Shown here: piece by piece, positions 29,808-39,209 of the stretch
Layout of the letters: the number at the start of each line of letters is the position of its first letter
Numbering within the stretch: the first letter of the stretch is position 1
DNA from: an uncultured archaeon
Lineage (GTDB): Archaea; Aenigmatarchaeota; Aenigmatarchaeia; PWEA01; JAGHBM01
Assembly (NCBI GenBank): GCA_964584335.1
Contig: CAZOZN010000002.1
Coordinates: 130,974 to 194,973, forward strand
Direction: 5' to 3'
DNA: 64,000 nucleotides
Translations under genes and position numbers: made by a program
The notes under the pieces: model-generated
Database searches by the model: none
What the model saw: the letters and a program-made list of their open reading frames with translations, nothing else
What the model was told of the DNA's origin: nothing

Positions 29808-30134
29808 TTAAACGTTTTTTTCTTTTAATTTCATTATCGCTTCGGCCATATCACCGGTCTCGTCAAGTGCCTTGATTGCTTCTTCATCTGAACATCCTGT
29901 CTGATTCATTATCAATTCCACATCCTCTTCAGAAAAATTTTCCTTAAGTTCCTCTGAAACTTCACCAACAACCTGAAAAGTTTCCTGACCACCCATTCTA
30001 ATCTTAGAAACAGAGGGACTGGAAATAACAATTTTTTTGTCTTTACATTCAATTAAGACCTTTTCTGCATCTATCTCTTCGGATTTTATGCCCATTCTTT
30101 TCATTGCTTTTTGCATTTGTCTTTGATTAAACAT
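29808..30134 (-). CDS. nac: Nascent polypeptide-associated complex protein
   Basis: QMQKAMKRMGI NAC domain plus UBA-like EEDVELIMNQTG...GDMAEAI. Confidence 0.93.
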   Translation of the reverse strand: MFNQRQMQKAMKRMGIKSEEIDAEKVLIECKDKKIVISSPSVSKIRMGGQETFQVVGEVSEELKENFSEEDVELIMNQTGCSDEEAIKALDETGDMAEAIMKLKEKNV

Positions 30135-30201
30135 TATAACACCACCAATTCTTATTAAAAAGTATTATATATAATAAAGTTTTAAAATTATTAGTGATAA
30201 A

Positions 30202-30465
30202 ATGAAACTTGGTTGGCAACTAAAAGAAGAAGCACCACTATTCATAATAGTGCTTGTTATAGTAGCTGGACTTATGTGGAATACCGGAAAAACACCTGAA
30301 CTTTCCTTTGGAACCGGTTTCTTGGTTGCGGCTGTTATAACATCTTTGGAAGTAATGATCGATGCTGCGAAGGAGAAAGGAAATAAACCACCTGCGAAAA
30401 AGAAAACAAGTAAGAAAAAGAAGACAACAAAGAAAAAGAAAACAAGTAAGAAAAAGAAAAAATGA
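30202..30465 (+). CDS. Small two-TM protein with Lys-rich tail
   Basis: Two hydrophobic segments, then KKKTSKKKKTTKKKKTSKKKKK. Confidence 0.65.
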   Translation: MKLGWQLKEEAPLFIIVLVIVAGLMWNTGKTPELSFGTGFLVAAVITSLEVMIDAAKEKGNKPPAKKKTSKKKKTTKKKKTSKKKKK

Positions 30466-30492
30466 TTTATTTCCTTTTCTAGAAACTAAAGC

Positions 30493-31677
30493 ATGGACTT
30501 ACTTTTCATTATTTTTTATATTTTTCTTGGTATTTTAATTGGAACAATTACTGGTCTTATTCCCGGTCTGCACCCAAACACGGTTTGTGCAATTTTTCTT
30601 GGTTTTGTTTTCTTAAGCCCTACAAATATGTCGGTCCTGTTGATATCGGTCGCTGTTACGCATACCTTCATAGATTTTATACCTTCTATAATGATGGGCG
30701 CGCCAGATTCAGGAACTTCATTGTCTGTCCTGCCCGGACATAAAATGATGATGAGGGGTTTGGGTTACAGGGCAATAAAGTTAACTGTTCTTGGCGGCAT
30801 TTTTTCAATTTTCATAATAATTTTGCTGATTCCCTTGATTTTTACTATCGTTTCGCCTGCTTATGAATTAGTAATAGGAAATATACACTTGATTCTAATA
30901 ATCATCACACTGTCTCTTTTCATAAAAGACCGGAGTTTGTGGGGAGTCTTTATATTCCTAATTTCAGGGTTTCTCGGTTATATTGTATTAAACGGAAATT
31001 TTCTCGGAAGGTTTGAAATTTTACCGTTGTTAACAGGTTTCTTTGGTCTCAGTATGATAACTAAATCGATTATGGACAATATTAAAATTCCTATACAAAA
31101 AATAGAAGAAGAAAAAATAAGAAAAAAAGATATAGCTGTTGGTAGTTTGGTTGGTTCTCTTTCTGGATTGTTGGTTGGTTTCCTGCCTGGTATAGGAGCA
31201 GCACAGGCAACATTTATTTCGCAGCAAATAATAAGAGATGAATCAAATACAAGATTTATGATATCGCTGGGTGGTGTAAATACTGCTGTCGCTATATTTT
31301 CAATGCTTTCTTTATGGGTTGTGGGTAGACCGAGAAGCGGTGTTTCCGTTGCAGTAAAAGAACTTGTTGGAAACCTAAATCTTGGTGAATTTGTTTTGTT
31401 TTTGGGTGTTGTTGTTCTTGTCGGTGGTGTTTCTTCAATAATAACATTAAAAATAACTAAAACTTTCATAAAAATTTTCAGAAAGATAAATTACAAAAAA
31501 CTGGCATTTTCTGTAATGTTTTTTATAATAACAATAACATTCGTATTTACAGGCTTTTTGGGTATTTTTGTTTTGTTCCTATCGGCCTCCATAGGAATGG
31601 TTTGTATTTTGACCGGCACCAGACGTAGTTATATGATGGGCTCGTTAATATTACCGATAATATTATTTTTTATTTAG
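30493..31677 (+). CDS. TctA-family (COG1784) membrane protein
   Basis: GLIPGLHPN, THTFIDFIPS..GAP, LPGH, LPGIG.AQ, GRPRSG. Confidence 0.85.
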   Translation: MDLLFIIFYIFLGILIGTITGLIPGLHPNTVCAIFLGFVFLSPTNMSVLLISVAVTHTFIDFIPSIMMGAPDSGTSLSVLPGHKMMMRGLGYRAIKLTVLGGIFSIFIIILLIPLIFTIVSPAYELVIGNIHLILIIITLSLFIKDRSLWGVFIFLISGFLGYIVLNGNFLGRFEILPLLTGFFGLSMITKSIMDNIKIPIQKIEEEKIRKKDIAVGSLVGSLSGLLVGFLPGIGAAQATFISQQIIRDESNTRFMISLGGVNTAVAIFSMLSLWVVGRPRSGVSVAVKELVGNLNLGEFVLFLGVVVLVGGVSSIITLKITKTFIKIFRKINYKKLAFSVMFFIITITFVFTGFLGIFVLFLSASIGMVCILTGTRRSYMMGSLILPIILFFI

Positions 31678-32106
31678 AAGTGAAAAAATTATTTCCTTGT
31701 TTCTTATTAAAATCGGTAAAATAAAACCAATTGCCGCCCCAAAAAATATATCTACCCAATAATGCACTCCAAGAACCACTCTTGAATAAGATATTAAGAT
31801 TCCATAAATAACCAGTGTCTTTCTGTATTTTTTGTCATGGAAAAAAAATCCAGCAGGTATCATGCCCAAAGATGCATGCATGCTTGGAAAAGACTGTGTC
31901 GGTGGTAAAGGTATTAAGGAGTTTACAGGTCTGGGAACGTTAATGAATATCTTCAAAAAATAAACTGAAATTATCACCAAAGAAAGAGACAGACAATACA
32001 AAAAAAGGTGTTTTTTGTTTTTTCCCCAAAGATACATTGGGACAAGCAGAATAGAAAGATAGATTATACTGTCTGAAAAAACTGTAATATAATCAACAGG
32101 CAACAT
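31663..32106 (-). CDS. PAP2-family phosphatase
   Basis: K......RP, SFPSMH, SRVVLGVHYWVDI. Confidence 0.9.
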   Translation of the reverse strand: MLPVDYITVFSDSIIYLSILLVPMYLWGKNKKHLFLYCLSLSLVIISVYFLKIFINVPRPVNSLIPLPPTQSFPSMHASLGMIPAGFFFHDKKYRKTLVIYGILISYSRVVLGVHYWVDIFFGAAIGFILPILIRNKEIIFSLLNKK

Positions 32107-32133
32107 ATTGATAGTTAAATTGTATGATATAAA

Positions 32134-34824
32134 TTATATGCATTCTATTTTAACATAACCGCCAATACATCCTCCACCAAATGCAAAGAGCTCGCCTCCA
32201 CAGTCACACTTACCTAAAAGAGGAACCCTCCTGAACTTTGAGTTGCATTTTCTGCATGTGAAACCGTTAAGATGCTCGACCACAACTTTCTCCGGCGGCT
32301 TGTTTACTTTGTGGTTTCTTTTCTTTGGGTTTAGCATGTTTTTTAAATTACACTGTCTTCCCTTGCCAAGCAATTCCCCCTTATCTACTCCTATAACAGA
32401 AAATATTCTTTCTATGGGCGGTAAAAGTTGGTTTTCTATATAGTAATCTGAATCTATCCTAAGATTTTTCTCTTCTATATATTCAGGCGTCTCGGCCCTT
32501 TCACTCAACATTTGATTTCCACTTAATATAACATAAGATATTCTAGTGCCAGGTGACGGTGTCTGTGATGGATCCCTGTCTCTTATTCTTCTGGCCAGCT
32601 CTATATGAGGAAGTTTTCCATCATACCTGTCAAGTCCTTTGGTTATGCTTTTGGTGACTGCCAGTTTTCTTAAATCAACCTCTCCTTTGTTTATCTTATC
32701 AACAACACACCTTACATGGTTTATGGCCTTTTCTATGTTGCCCTCTTTTAATATTATCTCTAAGACAACATTCATGGTCTCGGTCACTATATCAGCCCAG
32801 TCCCTTCTAACAGTCTCTATGCCTTTCATTAATATCTTGTCTTTCCAATCACCGTTAGTTTTTTCAAAACTCCAACCGGCATACCTTTTCTTCGTTAATA
32901 TGAGAAAAGACCTGAAAGTTTTTTCGAACTCCAATATAATCTTTCCTGGAAACTCTATATTATCGACTATTTCATTTCCTTTTTTGTTTGCTTCCTCAAG
33001 ACTTTCAACATTAACTTTCACAAAAACAGAATCTGTATCACCGTATATTATTTCATATCCGAGATTTTCAACTTTTTTGCTTGTTTCTTCAAGAAGGTTG
33101 CGTCCGTATGAAGTTATTGTGTTGGCAACTTCCATAACATAGGTCTTTGCCCTTAGATAACCAGTGTAACCGTAAAATGCATTGGCCAATATCTTAAGTG
33201 CCCATTGTTTTGCGTAAAGTATTCTTTTCTTTTCTTCGTTGCTTTCTTTGAACATTACCTTTTTTACCGAAGACCTCTTGTTTATTAGTTTCTCCAGAAC
33301 GTGAGGTAATATTCCTTTTTTTAAATCCCTGTTGACAAATTTTGTTCCTATAGAAGACTCTTTATACTGGTCTGTCGAATTGTCGACCAAAAGAGTTGTG
33401 GGACATATATTATATGTTCTTATTATGCTTGGGTAAAGGCTCTTAAAATCAAGAACAAGAATGTAGCCTTCTGTATAAAGCCCCGGAGTAGGTTCCAAAA
33501 CAAGACCCCCCTTAAGGCCGCTTTTTTCTCTTTTTTTCTTTCTTTCAATTACTTCTCCCTTGGTTGGCTTAAGGGGAAATAAAAAATCCCTCTTGTTGAA
33601 TTCACTCAACAAAAGATTTTCTATCCTTATAGTCTCTCCCCCATTCAATGCATCATCGAGCATAACACCAGAAACCCTGGAAAGAGCTATGTACTTATCC
33701 AAAAGTGTTTTCTTGGTAACCAAGTCCAAAGCCAAAATAGAATCTTTCCTGCAATAGTCTATAAGTTTTTGCAGTTCTTTGGGTTTGCCGTTCCAAAATT
33801 TATCAAAATCCTTATAACTAATATCGATCTTTCTTGAACCCAATAGTTTTTCTGAAACATTATCAAGCTTGTAACTCTTGAACGAAAAATCCTTTTTTAT
33901 TATCTGATAAGAATCTGCTATAACCCTGCCTATTACTTTTGTGGATGACCTGTGACCGTACTTGCTGTAAAAGGCTGTTTTGTTTTTTACCCTTCCCATA
34001 TCTTTTTTTATTCCAAATTTCTCCATTCTTCCCAATATAAATGGCATATCGAAATTTTGTATGTTGTAACCGGTTATGACATCGGGGTCGTAATCCTTTA
34101 TTATATCCTTGAGTTTTTCTAGCATGTTCTTTTCGTCATCAAGGCATATGGTGTTTTTTCTTTGGTTTGTTCTGAGTTGAGCATTTTTAGAAACAAGAAC
34201 ACTGTCTTTTTGGTTTTTATAATCATCTGAAAAAGCAAGGCTTATCATTGTTATGGCATCTCTTTCCGGCTCGGGCATCCTATTCATAGGAGCTTCAGTT
34301 TCTATGTCAAGAGCAAGTATCCTGAGAGGCATGTTCTTTTCGTCTTTTATTGGTTTTATGCTCTTCGCTTCCACACCAACACAAAAAACAGTATCAGTAT
34401 TCACAATATTTCCTTCGACTTCTATCCATCTCATGGCCTTTATTCCCTTATCAACAAAAAATCTGTACTTGAAAAGTATGTCGGCTTCAAAAACCTTACA
34501 CTCACCCCTGCCCCTTATCTCGTCTCTTATATCAGAAACTTTGCTCGGGTTCCTTGTGGTTATTTTAAGAACCTTCTTCTTTTCTTTTTGGTAACCGACC
34601 GGAAGATATCTTTCTACTTTTTCTATTTTCTCTATTTCCCCCTCAAAAGATGACAATCTTCTTTTAATCTCTTCCTCATCCCCGATGGCATAGAAATACG
34701 GTAAAAAATCTTCAACAAAAACACAAACGGAGTTGCCTTCTTCGTCCTTGCAAAAAATTCTAATCAATGGTTTATCGTTCAACATAGTATAATCGGCATC
34801 AAAAACTTGAAGTCTCATTAACAC
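32134..34824 (-). CDS. polB: Family B DNA polymerase with intact exo/pol motifs, PIP-like box and C-terminal Zn finger
   Basis: DIET, YNIQNFD, YCRKD, DFKSLYPSII, KILANAFYGY, YGDTDS, KKRY, KGIETVRRD; tail QCNLKNM...CRKC...CDCGG. Confidence 0.96.
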   Translation of the reverse strand: MLMRLQVFDADYTMLNDKPLIRIFCKDEEGNSVCVFVEDFLPYFYAIGDEEEIKRRLSSFEGEIEKIEKVERYLPVGYQKEKKKVLKITTRNPSKVSDIRDEIRGRGECKVFEADILFKYRFFVDKGIKAMRWIEVEGNIVNTDTVFCVGVEAKSIKPIKDEKNMPLRILALDIETEAPMNRMPEPERDAITMISLAFSDDYKNQKDSVLVSKNAQLRTNQRKNTICLDDEKNMLEKLKDIIKDYDPDVITGYNIQNFDMPFILGRMEKFGIKKDMGRVKNKTAFYSKYGHRSSTKVIGRVIADSYQIIKKDFSFKSYKLDNVSEKLLGSRKIDISYKDFDKFWNGKPKELQKLIDYCRKDSILALDLVTKKTLLDKYIALSRVSGVMLDDALNGGETIRIENLLLSEFNKRDFLFPLKPTKGEVIERKKKREKSGLKGGLVLEPTPGLYTEGYILVLDFKSLYPSIIRTYNICPTTLLVDNSTDQYKESSIGTKFVNRDLKKGILPHVLEKLINKRSSVKKVMFKESNEEKKRILYAKQWALKILANAFYGYTGYLRAKTYVMEVANTITSYGRNLLEETSKKVENLGYEIIYGDTDSVFVKVNVESLEEANKKGNEIVDNIEFPGKIILEFEKTFRSFLILTKKRYAGWSFEKTNGDWKDKILMKGIETVRRDWADIVTETMNVVLEIILKEGNIEKAINHVRCVVDKINKGEVDLRKLAVTKSITKGLDRYDGKLPHIELARRIRDRDPSQTPSPGTRISYVILSGNQMLSERAETPEYIEEKNLRIDSDYYIENQLLPPIERIFSVIGVDKGELLGKGRQCNLKNMLNPKKRNHKVNKPPEKVVVEHLNGFTCRKCNSKFRRVPLLGKCDCGGELFAFGGGCIGGYVKIECI

Positions 34825-34872
34825 ACCCAGCTACAGAAGACTATAGTCACTAAAGTATTAAAATTAATTTGT

Positions 34873-35892
34873 CTACTCTGGAACATACCTTTCATGTTCC
34901 CTTGTCTTGAGGTTGACAACAAAAGACTCCGGTCCGGATACTGAAACAACACTAACTCCCTTGTAATTAAGAAAGAAACTCTCTTTTCCACCCTTTAAGA
35001 ATATCACGTCGGGTATATCCCTTAACATGTAGGGATCTCCTTCATTATAAACAAAAGGTAAAAGATGTCTTCTCTTTAACAAAGAAATTAAAATTTTCTG
35101 CTCATTATCAAGCCCGATTTTTTTACTTATTTCATCCATTTCTATTTCGAGGACAAAAACCTTAACACCCTCAACTTCGACCAAAAAGGGCATACTAAGA
35201 CCCATGGTTCTCTTACCTTTCTTTATTTTTTCCCTGTCCCCAACAAGCCACCTGTTATTTAAGTCTATATCATCAACACAATCAAAAGTGAAAAGGTAGG
35301 GTATATGTGAATGTTTTTGTGAATCACGTGAAGTTAATTCTTTTGTGAATAGTATCTTACAGTCTTCCTTGCTCATATTTGTTTTGTTGTTAAGAGGTAT
35401 GTCTGGATAAAAAATCTTATCCTCTTTGAATCTTGTCTTCTCAAAAACACCCTCTACTCCGACAACCTCATCTTCCAATACTTTTTCATCGGACAAACAA
35501 AAAATAGACCCTGTAGAATCCTCTAACACGAAACCGTTTTCTTTTATTTTTCTTATCATTCCTATTATAATTGATTCACCGTAGGTGAGTTTGTTTATGG
35601 ATGTCATCTTTTCCTTGTTCACTTTTTCAATTATAATATTTCTTAAAAAATCGAATCTCTTATTATAAAAATCAACAAAATCGGTAACCTTTTTAACATC
35701 ATTTCCTTTTTTGTTCTCATAAAGGACATTAACTCCCTTACCCTTTAACTCACAATAAAAATCATCAGTAACTACAACCTGATTCTTTCTCAAGTTTTTA
35801 AAGATGTCTTCAATATCCTCGATTTTTATTTTGTTTTTTATACCCGGGGATATTAAAACCCCTTTCTTTAAAAATTTCTCAACTAAATCCAT
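34873..35892 (-). CDS. PolD small-subunit (DP1)-like protein, shortened, phosphoesterase motifs lost
   Basis: DP1-like segments: DFVDFYNKRFDFLRNII, OB fold IIGMI...LEDSTG...DEVVGVEG...PDIP, LLKRRHLLP, DIPDVI. No DxH, GNHD or GHxH motifs. Confidence 0.75.
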   Translation of the reverse strand: MDLVEKFLKKGVLISPGIKNKIKIEDIEDIFKNLRKNQVVVTDDFYCELKGKGVNVLYENKKGNDVKKVTDFVDFYNKRFDFLRNIIIEKVNKEKMTSINKLTYGESIIIGMIRKIKENGFVLEDSTGSIFCLSDEKVLEDEVVGVEGVFEKTRFKEDKIFYPDIPLNNKTNMSKEDCKILFTKELTSRDSQKHSHIPYLFTFDCVDDIDLNNRWLVGDREKIKKGKRTMGLSMPFLVEVEGVKVFVLEIEMDEISKKIGLDNEQKILISLLKRRHLLPFVYNEGDPYMLRDIPDVIFLKGGKESFFLNYKGVSVVSVSGPESFVVNLKTREHERYVPE

Positions 35893-35900
35893 AAAAATCC

Positions 35901-37088
35901 TCACTGAAAATAATAATTTGATTGTAGAATATTCCTTATTTTCTCTATTAAGGAATTCTGTAGTTTCATTTCAACTATTCTTGTCCTGCCGTATCTTCCC
36001 TTACTAACAACCTTTGCATTTATTACACCCAACAAATCAAGCTCTGCTATCAAGTCTGAAACTCTCCTTTGGGTTAGAGGTTTAAGACCATTCTCCAAAC
36101 ACAATTTTTCATAAACAGAAAATATGTCTCCGGTATGTACCTCACCCTCTGTTTTTAAAATACTCCACAAAACAGCCTGGCTTTGTCTTGGTTGTGACTT
36201 AACAATCTCAACTATTCTGTCACTATCTATTTTTGACTCGGCCATATCAACATGCTTTTCCTCAATTTTTTCCGAGTTCTCTCTTTCACTTATTTCTGCA
36301 GCAACTCTCAACAAGTCCAATGCCCTTCTAGCATCACCGTGCTCCTGTGCAGCAAGGCCAGCACACTTTTCTATTACTCCCGAAGTTAAAATATCTTCCT
36401 TGAAAGCCTTCTCCGCCCTGTTTCTTAAAATATCCTGAAGTTGGGTTGCGTTGTAAGGGTGAAAAAGTATCTCTTCTTCCGAAAGTGATGATTTCACACG
36501 AGGGTCCAGATTGTTTGTAAAAGAAAGGTTGTTTGATATTCCAATAAGACTTAATTGGGTATTCTCCAAATCTTCGTTTATCCTTGTTAAATTATAAAGA
36601 AAATCATCGCCTATTTTCTCAACAAGTATATCAATTTCATCAAGAACCAAAACAACAATACCTCCTTTCTTCTCAAGGGACTTAAAAAACAGATTATATA
36701 CATGGTCTGTTGGTAGACCTGTAACAGGAACGTGTTCGCCCAATTCTCTTGTTAATTGTGCTATAATCCTATATTCTGTGTTTGCAACGTTCCTCATCTT
36801 ACAGTTCAAATAAAACAAATTCACATTATCCTTGCTTTTTTCCTTTATTTTTTTGGATACATAATACATTACAGCGGTTTTGCCCGTACCGGGTTTACCG
36901 AAAATAAAAATATTGGAAGGTTTATCCCCGCTAAGACTTGGTCCTAATATAGAAGCTAAAGTTCTTATTTCCCTGTCTCTGTGTGGAAGTTCATCGGGTT
37001 TATAAGAAGTAGTTATCGTTTTTTTGTTTTTGAAGGTTTTCTTTCTGTTTACATATTGGTCAAATATTGAGTCCAAAGATTTTTGCAA
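35901..37088 (-). CDS. cdc6: Orc1/Cdc6 replication initiator
   Basis: LPHRD, GKPGTGKT, VLDEID, LDPRVKSSL, GDARRALDLLR, wH motif SKGRYGRTR. Confidence 0.97.
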   Translation of the reverse strand: MQKSLDSIFDQYVNRKKTFKNKKTITTSYKPDELPHRDREIRTLASILGPSLSGDKPSNIFIFGKPGTGKTAVMYYVSKKIKEKSKDNVNLFYLNCKMRNVANTEYRIIAQLTRELGEHVPVTGLPTDHVYNLFFKSLEKKGGIVVLVLDEIDILVEKIGDDFLYNLTRINEDLENTQLSLIGISNNLSFTNNLDPRVKSSLSEEEILFHPYNATQLQDILRNRAEKAFKEDILTSGVIEKCAGLAAQEHGDARRALDLLRVAAEISERENSEKIEEKHVDMAESKIDSDRIVEIVKSQPRQSQAVLWSILKTEGEVHTGDIFSVYEKLCLENGLKPLTQRRVSDLIAELDLLGVINAKVVSKGRYGRTRIVEMKLQNSLIEKIRNILQSNYYFQ

Positions 37089-37098
37089 ACGAAATCAA

Positions 37099-37328
37099 CC
37101 CCCTCTTATTTCTTATGGAGTTCTTATTTATAAATGTGTTTCTGCACGTGAAATGAAGGGGTGTGTTTCTGCACGTGAAATGAAGGGGTGTGTATTTTGT
37201 GAATAAGACACCCCTAAATTTCATATGGAAATATTATACTGTAAGTAAGTAAGTATATATAACAGTGTTATATATAATATAATATAGAGATTTTCCTATT
37301 TTTTTTATTCCATAGGAAACAAAGGCGT
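37099..37328. other. Probable replication origin (oriC): five ORB-like boxes plus AT-rich DUE
   Basis: ORB-like boxes at 37099-37120(-), 37142-37162(+), 37169-37189(+), 37210-37230(-) and 37308-37328(+), approximate consensus YTSCAYRNGAAAYNNAGGGGT. AT-rich tract at 37231-37307. Directly upstream of cdc6. Confidence 0.8.
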
Positions 37329-37337
37329 CTCCCCTAC

Positions 37338-37372
37338 TACGACAATTATTTATATTATTTACGACAATTATT
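37338..37372 (+). promoter_or_regulatory. Direct repeat TACGACAATTATT x2 flanking a TATA-like element
   Basis: Copies at 37338-37350 and 37360-37372 (22-bp period), just upstream of an HTH gene. Confidence 0.5.
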
Positions 37373-37377
37373 AAATT

Positions 37378-38097
37378 ATGAACGAAAAAAAGATGATGAA
37401 AAATAATTTAATAAAAAAAATATGTGGGGAAATTGTTTTATCCCATAAACCCGGGTTTATAATTAAAAAATGGAGAAATATTTTTAAAGTTTCCCAAAAA
37501 GAGCTTGCAAATGAAATGAATGTCACACCTTCTGTAATATCTGATTATGAGAGCAACAGAAGAGCTTCACCAGGCATAAAAATAATAAACAAGATAGTCA
37601 ATAGCCTTATAAAACTATCAGAGAAAAAAGGAGGGGAATTTTTAAACGAGTTTTATACAATTTCAGGGGAGAATTTGCTACTTTCAGATATATTCAATAT
37701 AAGAGAATTTAAGATGCCCGTAACAATAAGAGAATTTTGTGATAAAACAGATTCTATAATAATAACAAACGAGGACCTTTCTGATAACAACATATATGGT
37801 TACTCTTTAATAGACTCTTTAAAGGCTATATTAGAGCTATCACCCATGGATTTAGTTAAGATATATGGCTATACAACAAACAGAGCTCTAATATTCTCTA
37901 ATATAACTTCAGGAAAGTCCTCAATGGTTGCTATAAAAGTTACAAACCTAAGGCCTTCTCTGGTTGTTTTACATGAGCCAGATAAAATAGATAAAATAGC
38001 CAAGAGGATATCTGAAGTTGAAGGTATAGTTCTTGCCGTAAACGAAACAAAAAAAGTCGATGAATTAAAAAGAATATTAAAGAAGGGGTTTGAATGA
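37378..38097 (+). CDS. XRE-HTH transcriptional regulator (COG1709-like)
   Basis: ICGEIVLS, KKWR...SQKELA...PSVISDYES.R, RALIF...GKSSMVAIKV. Confidence 0.85.
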   Translation: MNEKKMMKNNLIKKICGEIVLSHKPGFIIKKWRNIFKVSQKELANEMNVTPSVISDYESNRRASPGIKIINKIVNSLIKLSEKKGGEFLNEFYTISGENLLLSDIFNIREFKMPVTIREFCDKTDSIIITNEDLSDNNIYGYSLIDSLKAILELSPMDLVKIYGYTTNRALIFSNITSGKSSMVAIKVTNLRPSLVVLHEPDKIDKIAKRISEVEGIVLAVNETKKVDELKRILKKGFE

Positions 38098-38255
38098 ATT
38101 ATAGATGGATTTTAATGAGTTTTGGCGTTATTTTCATAGGATTATATCTTTATTTCTTATATAAGATACCATTTACGTGGATTATATCGATTTTAGGCTT
38201 AGTTTGGTTTGTTTTTGGTTTTGTTATAAAGAAACACGATACTTATTCCGGTTGA
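38094..38255 (+). CDS. 53-aa two-TM membrane peptide (absent from ORF track)
   Basis: ATGA overlap with the upstream stop; MNYRWILMSFGVIFIGLYLYFLYKIPFTWIISILGLVWFVFGFVIKKHDTYSG. Confidence 0.5.
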   Translation: MNYRWILMSFGVIFIGLYLYFLYKIPFTWIISILGLVWFVFGFVIKKHDTYSG

Positions 38256-38617
38256 TTTTTCAAGTAATCTATTAGTTTTACCCTACCATCAACCCTCGCT
38301 ACATCTTTTTTAATCAATTCTCTTGCAGGTTCAACAAATATAGGAGAGCGATAAAAACCATATATTATTAACGGTATTGTGTTTAATTTATCTGATTCCT
38401 TTATTATTTTTTTTATATCATCTTCTTTTATGTAAATGAATTTTTTGTTTTTTTGTGATGTTTTTTTAGCGTCTATAAGGAATTTAACAACACCATCCTT
38501 AATTACAATTATATCATATGGTGATGATGCCGCCTTTCTTTCAGCGGTATACCCAAGCTTCCTAAAAAAATTTCTTACTCTAAATTCAAATGCAGAACCC
38601 TTTCTGTAGTTGGTCAT
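38243..38617 (-). CDS. hjc: Holliday junction resolvase Hjc-like PD-(D/E)xK nuclease
   Basis: YRKGSAFE, LGY...R.AAS, PYDII, IDAKKT. Confidence 0.75.
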   Translation of the reverse strand: MTNYRKGSAFEFRVRNFFRKLGYTAERKAASSPYDIIVIKDGVVKFLIDAKKTSQKNKKFIYIKEDDIKKIIKESDKLNTIPLIIYGFYRSPIFVEPARELIKKDVARVDGRVKLIDYLKNQPE

Positions 38618-38670
38618 ATTATCTTCTTAGTTTTAAATAGATGTTTTAATAAATTTAATGTAGTGATGTT

Positions 38671-39198
38671 ATGGAAGACTTTAAAGTTGAGGATGCAATG
38701 ACAAGAGATTATATTAAGGCCAAGGCCAGCGATAATGTAATTGATATAGCGAAGAAAATGAAAAGCAAGGATATCGGTTCAATGTTGATTTGTGATAAAA
38801 ACAAGCTTGTAGGCCTTATAACATCTGAAGACCTCGTGAAGAGGGTTATCTTGAAATCCAAGGACCCAAAAAAGCTTATCGCAAAAGATGTTATGACAAA
38901 AAAACTAACAACAACAACATCCGACGAAGAACTGGGCGAGGCAATAAGAATTATGATAGACGAGGGCGTACAGAGGCTTCCCGTCATGGATGGAAAGAAG
39001 CTTGTTGGTATTTTAACAGACGGTGATATTTTAAGGATTGCTCCACATCTGGTGGAATCTTTGGTTGAAATGAGAGAAAGAGAGATGGGAATGGAGGGAG
39101 GTTCCTGCGAGATATGTGGCAACTATAGCGAAGACTTGAGAAAAAATGGAGGAGTTTGGGTTTGTGAAGAGTGTTACGAATCTTCTCCAAAACTTTAA
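38671..39198 (+). CDS. CBS-pair protein with C-terminal Zn ribbon
   Basis: Two CBS repeats plus CEICG...VCEEC. Confidence 0.9.
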   Translation: MEDFKVEDAMTRDYIKAKASDNVIDIAKKMKSKDIGSMLICDKNKLVGLITSEDLVKRVILKSKDPKKLIAKDVMTKKLTTTTSDEELGEAIRIMIDEGVQRLPVMDGKKLVGILTDGDILRIAPHLVESLVEMREREMGMEGGSCEICGNYSEDLRKNGGVWVCEECYESSPKL

Positions 39199-39209
39199 AC
39201 GGTGATTAA

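Noticed and set aside
32134-34824. Inteins in PolB (also checked RadA, NrdD, Cdc6)
   Set aside because: Lengths are normal and conserved motifs are contiguous; no splicing motifs seen.
34873-35904. Active PolD proofreading subunit, or a frameshifted pseudogene
   Set aside because: Metal-binding motifs are absent, yet the ORF is uninterrupted and keeps structural motifs, which fits an inactivated but maintained protein.
37135-37193. Mini-CRISPR, or the 60-aa ORF 37024-37206
   Set aside because: Two abutting copies with no spacer; better explained as ORB boxes upstream of cdc6.
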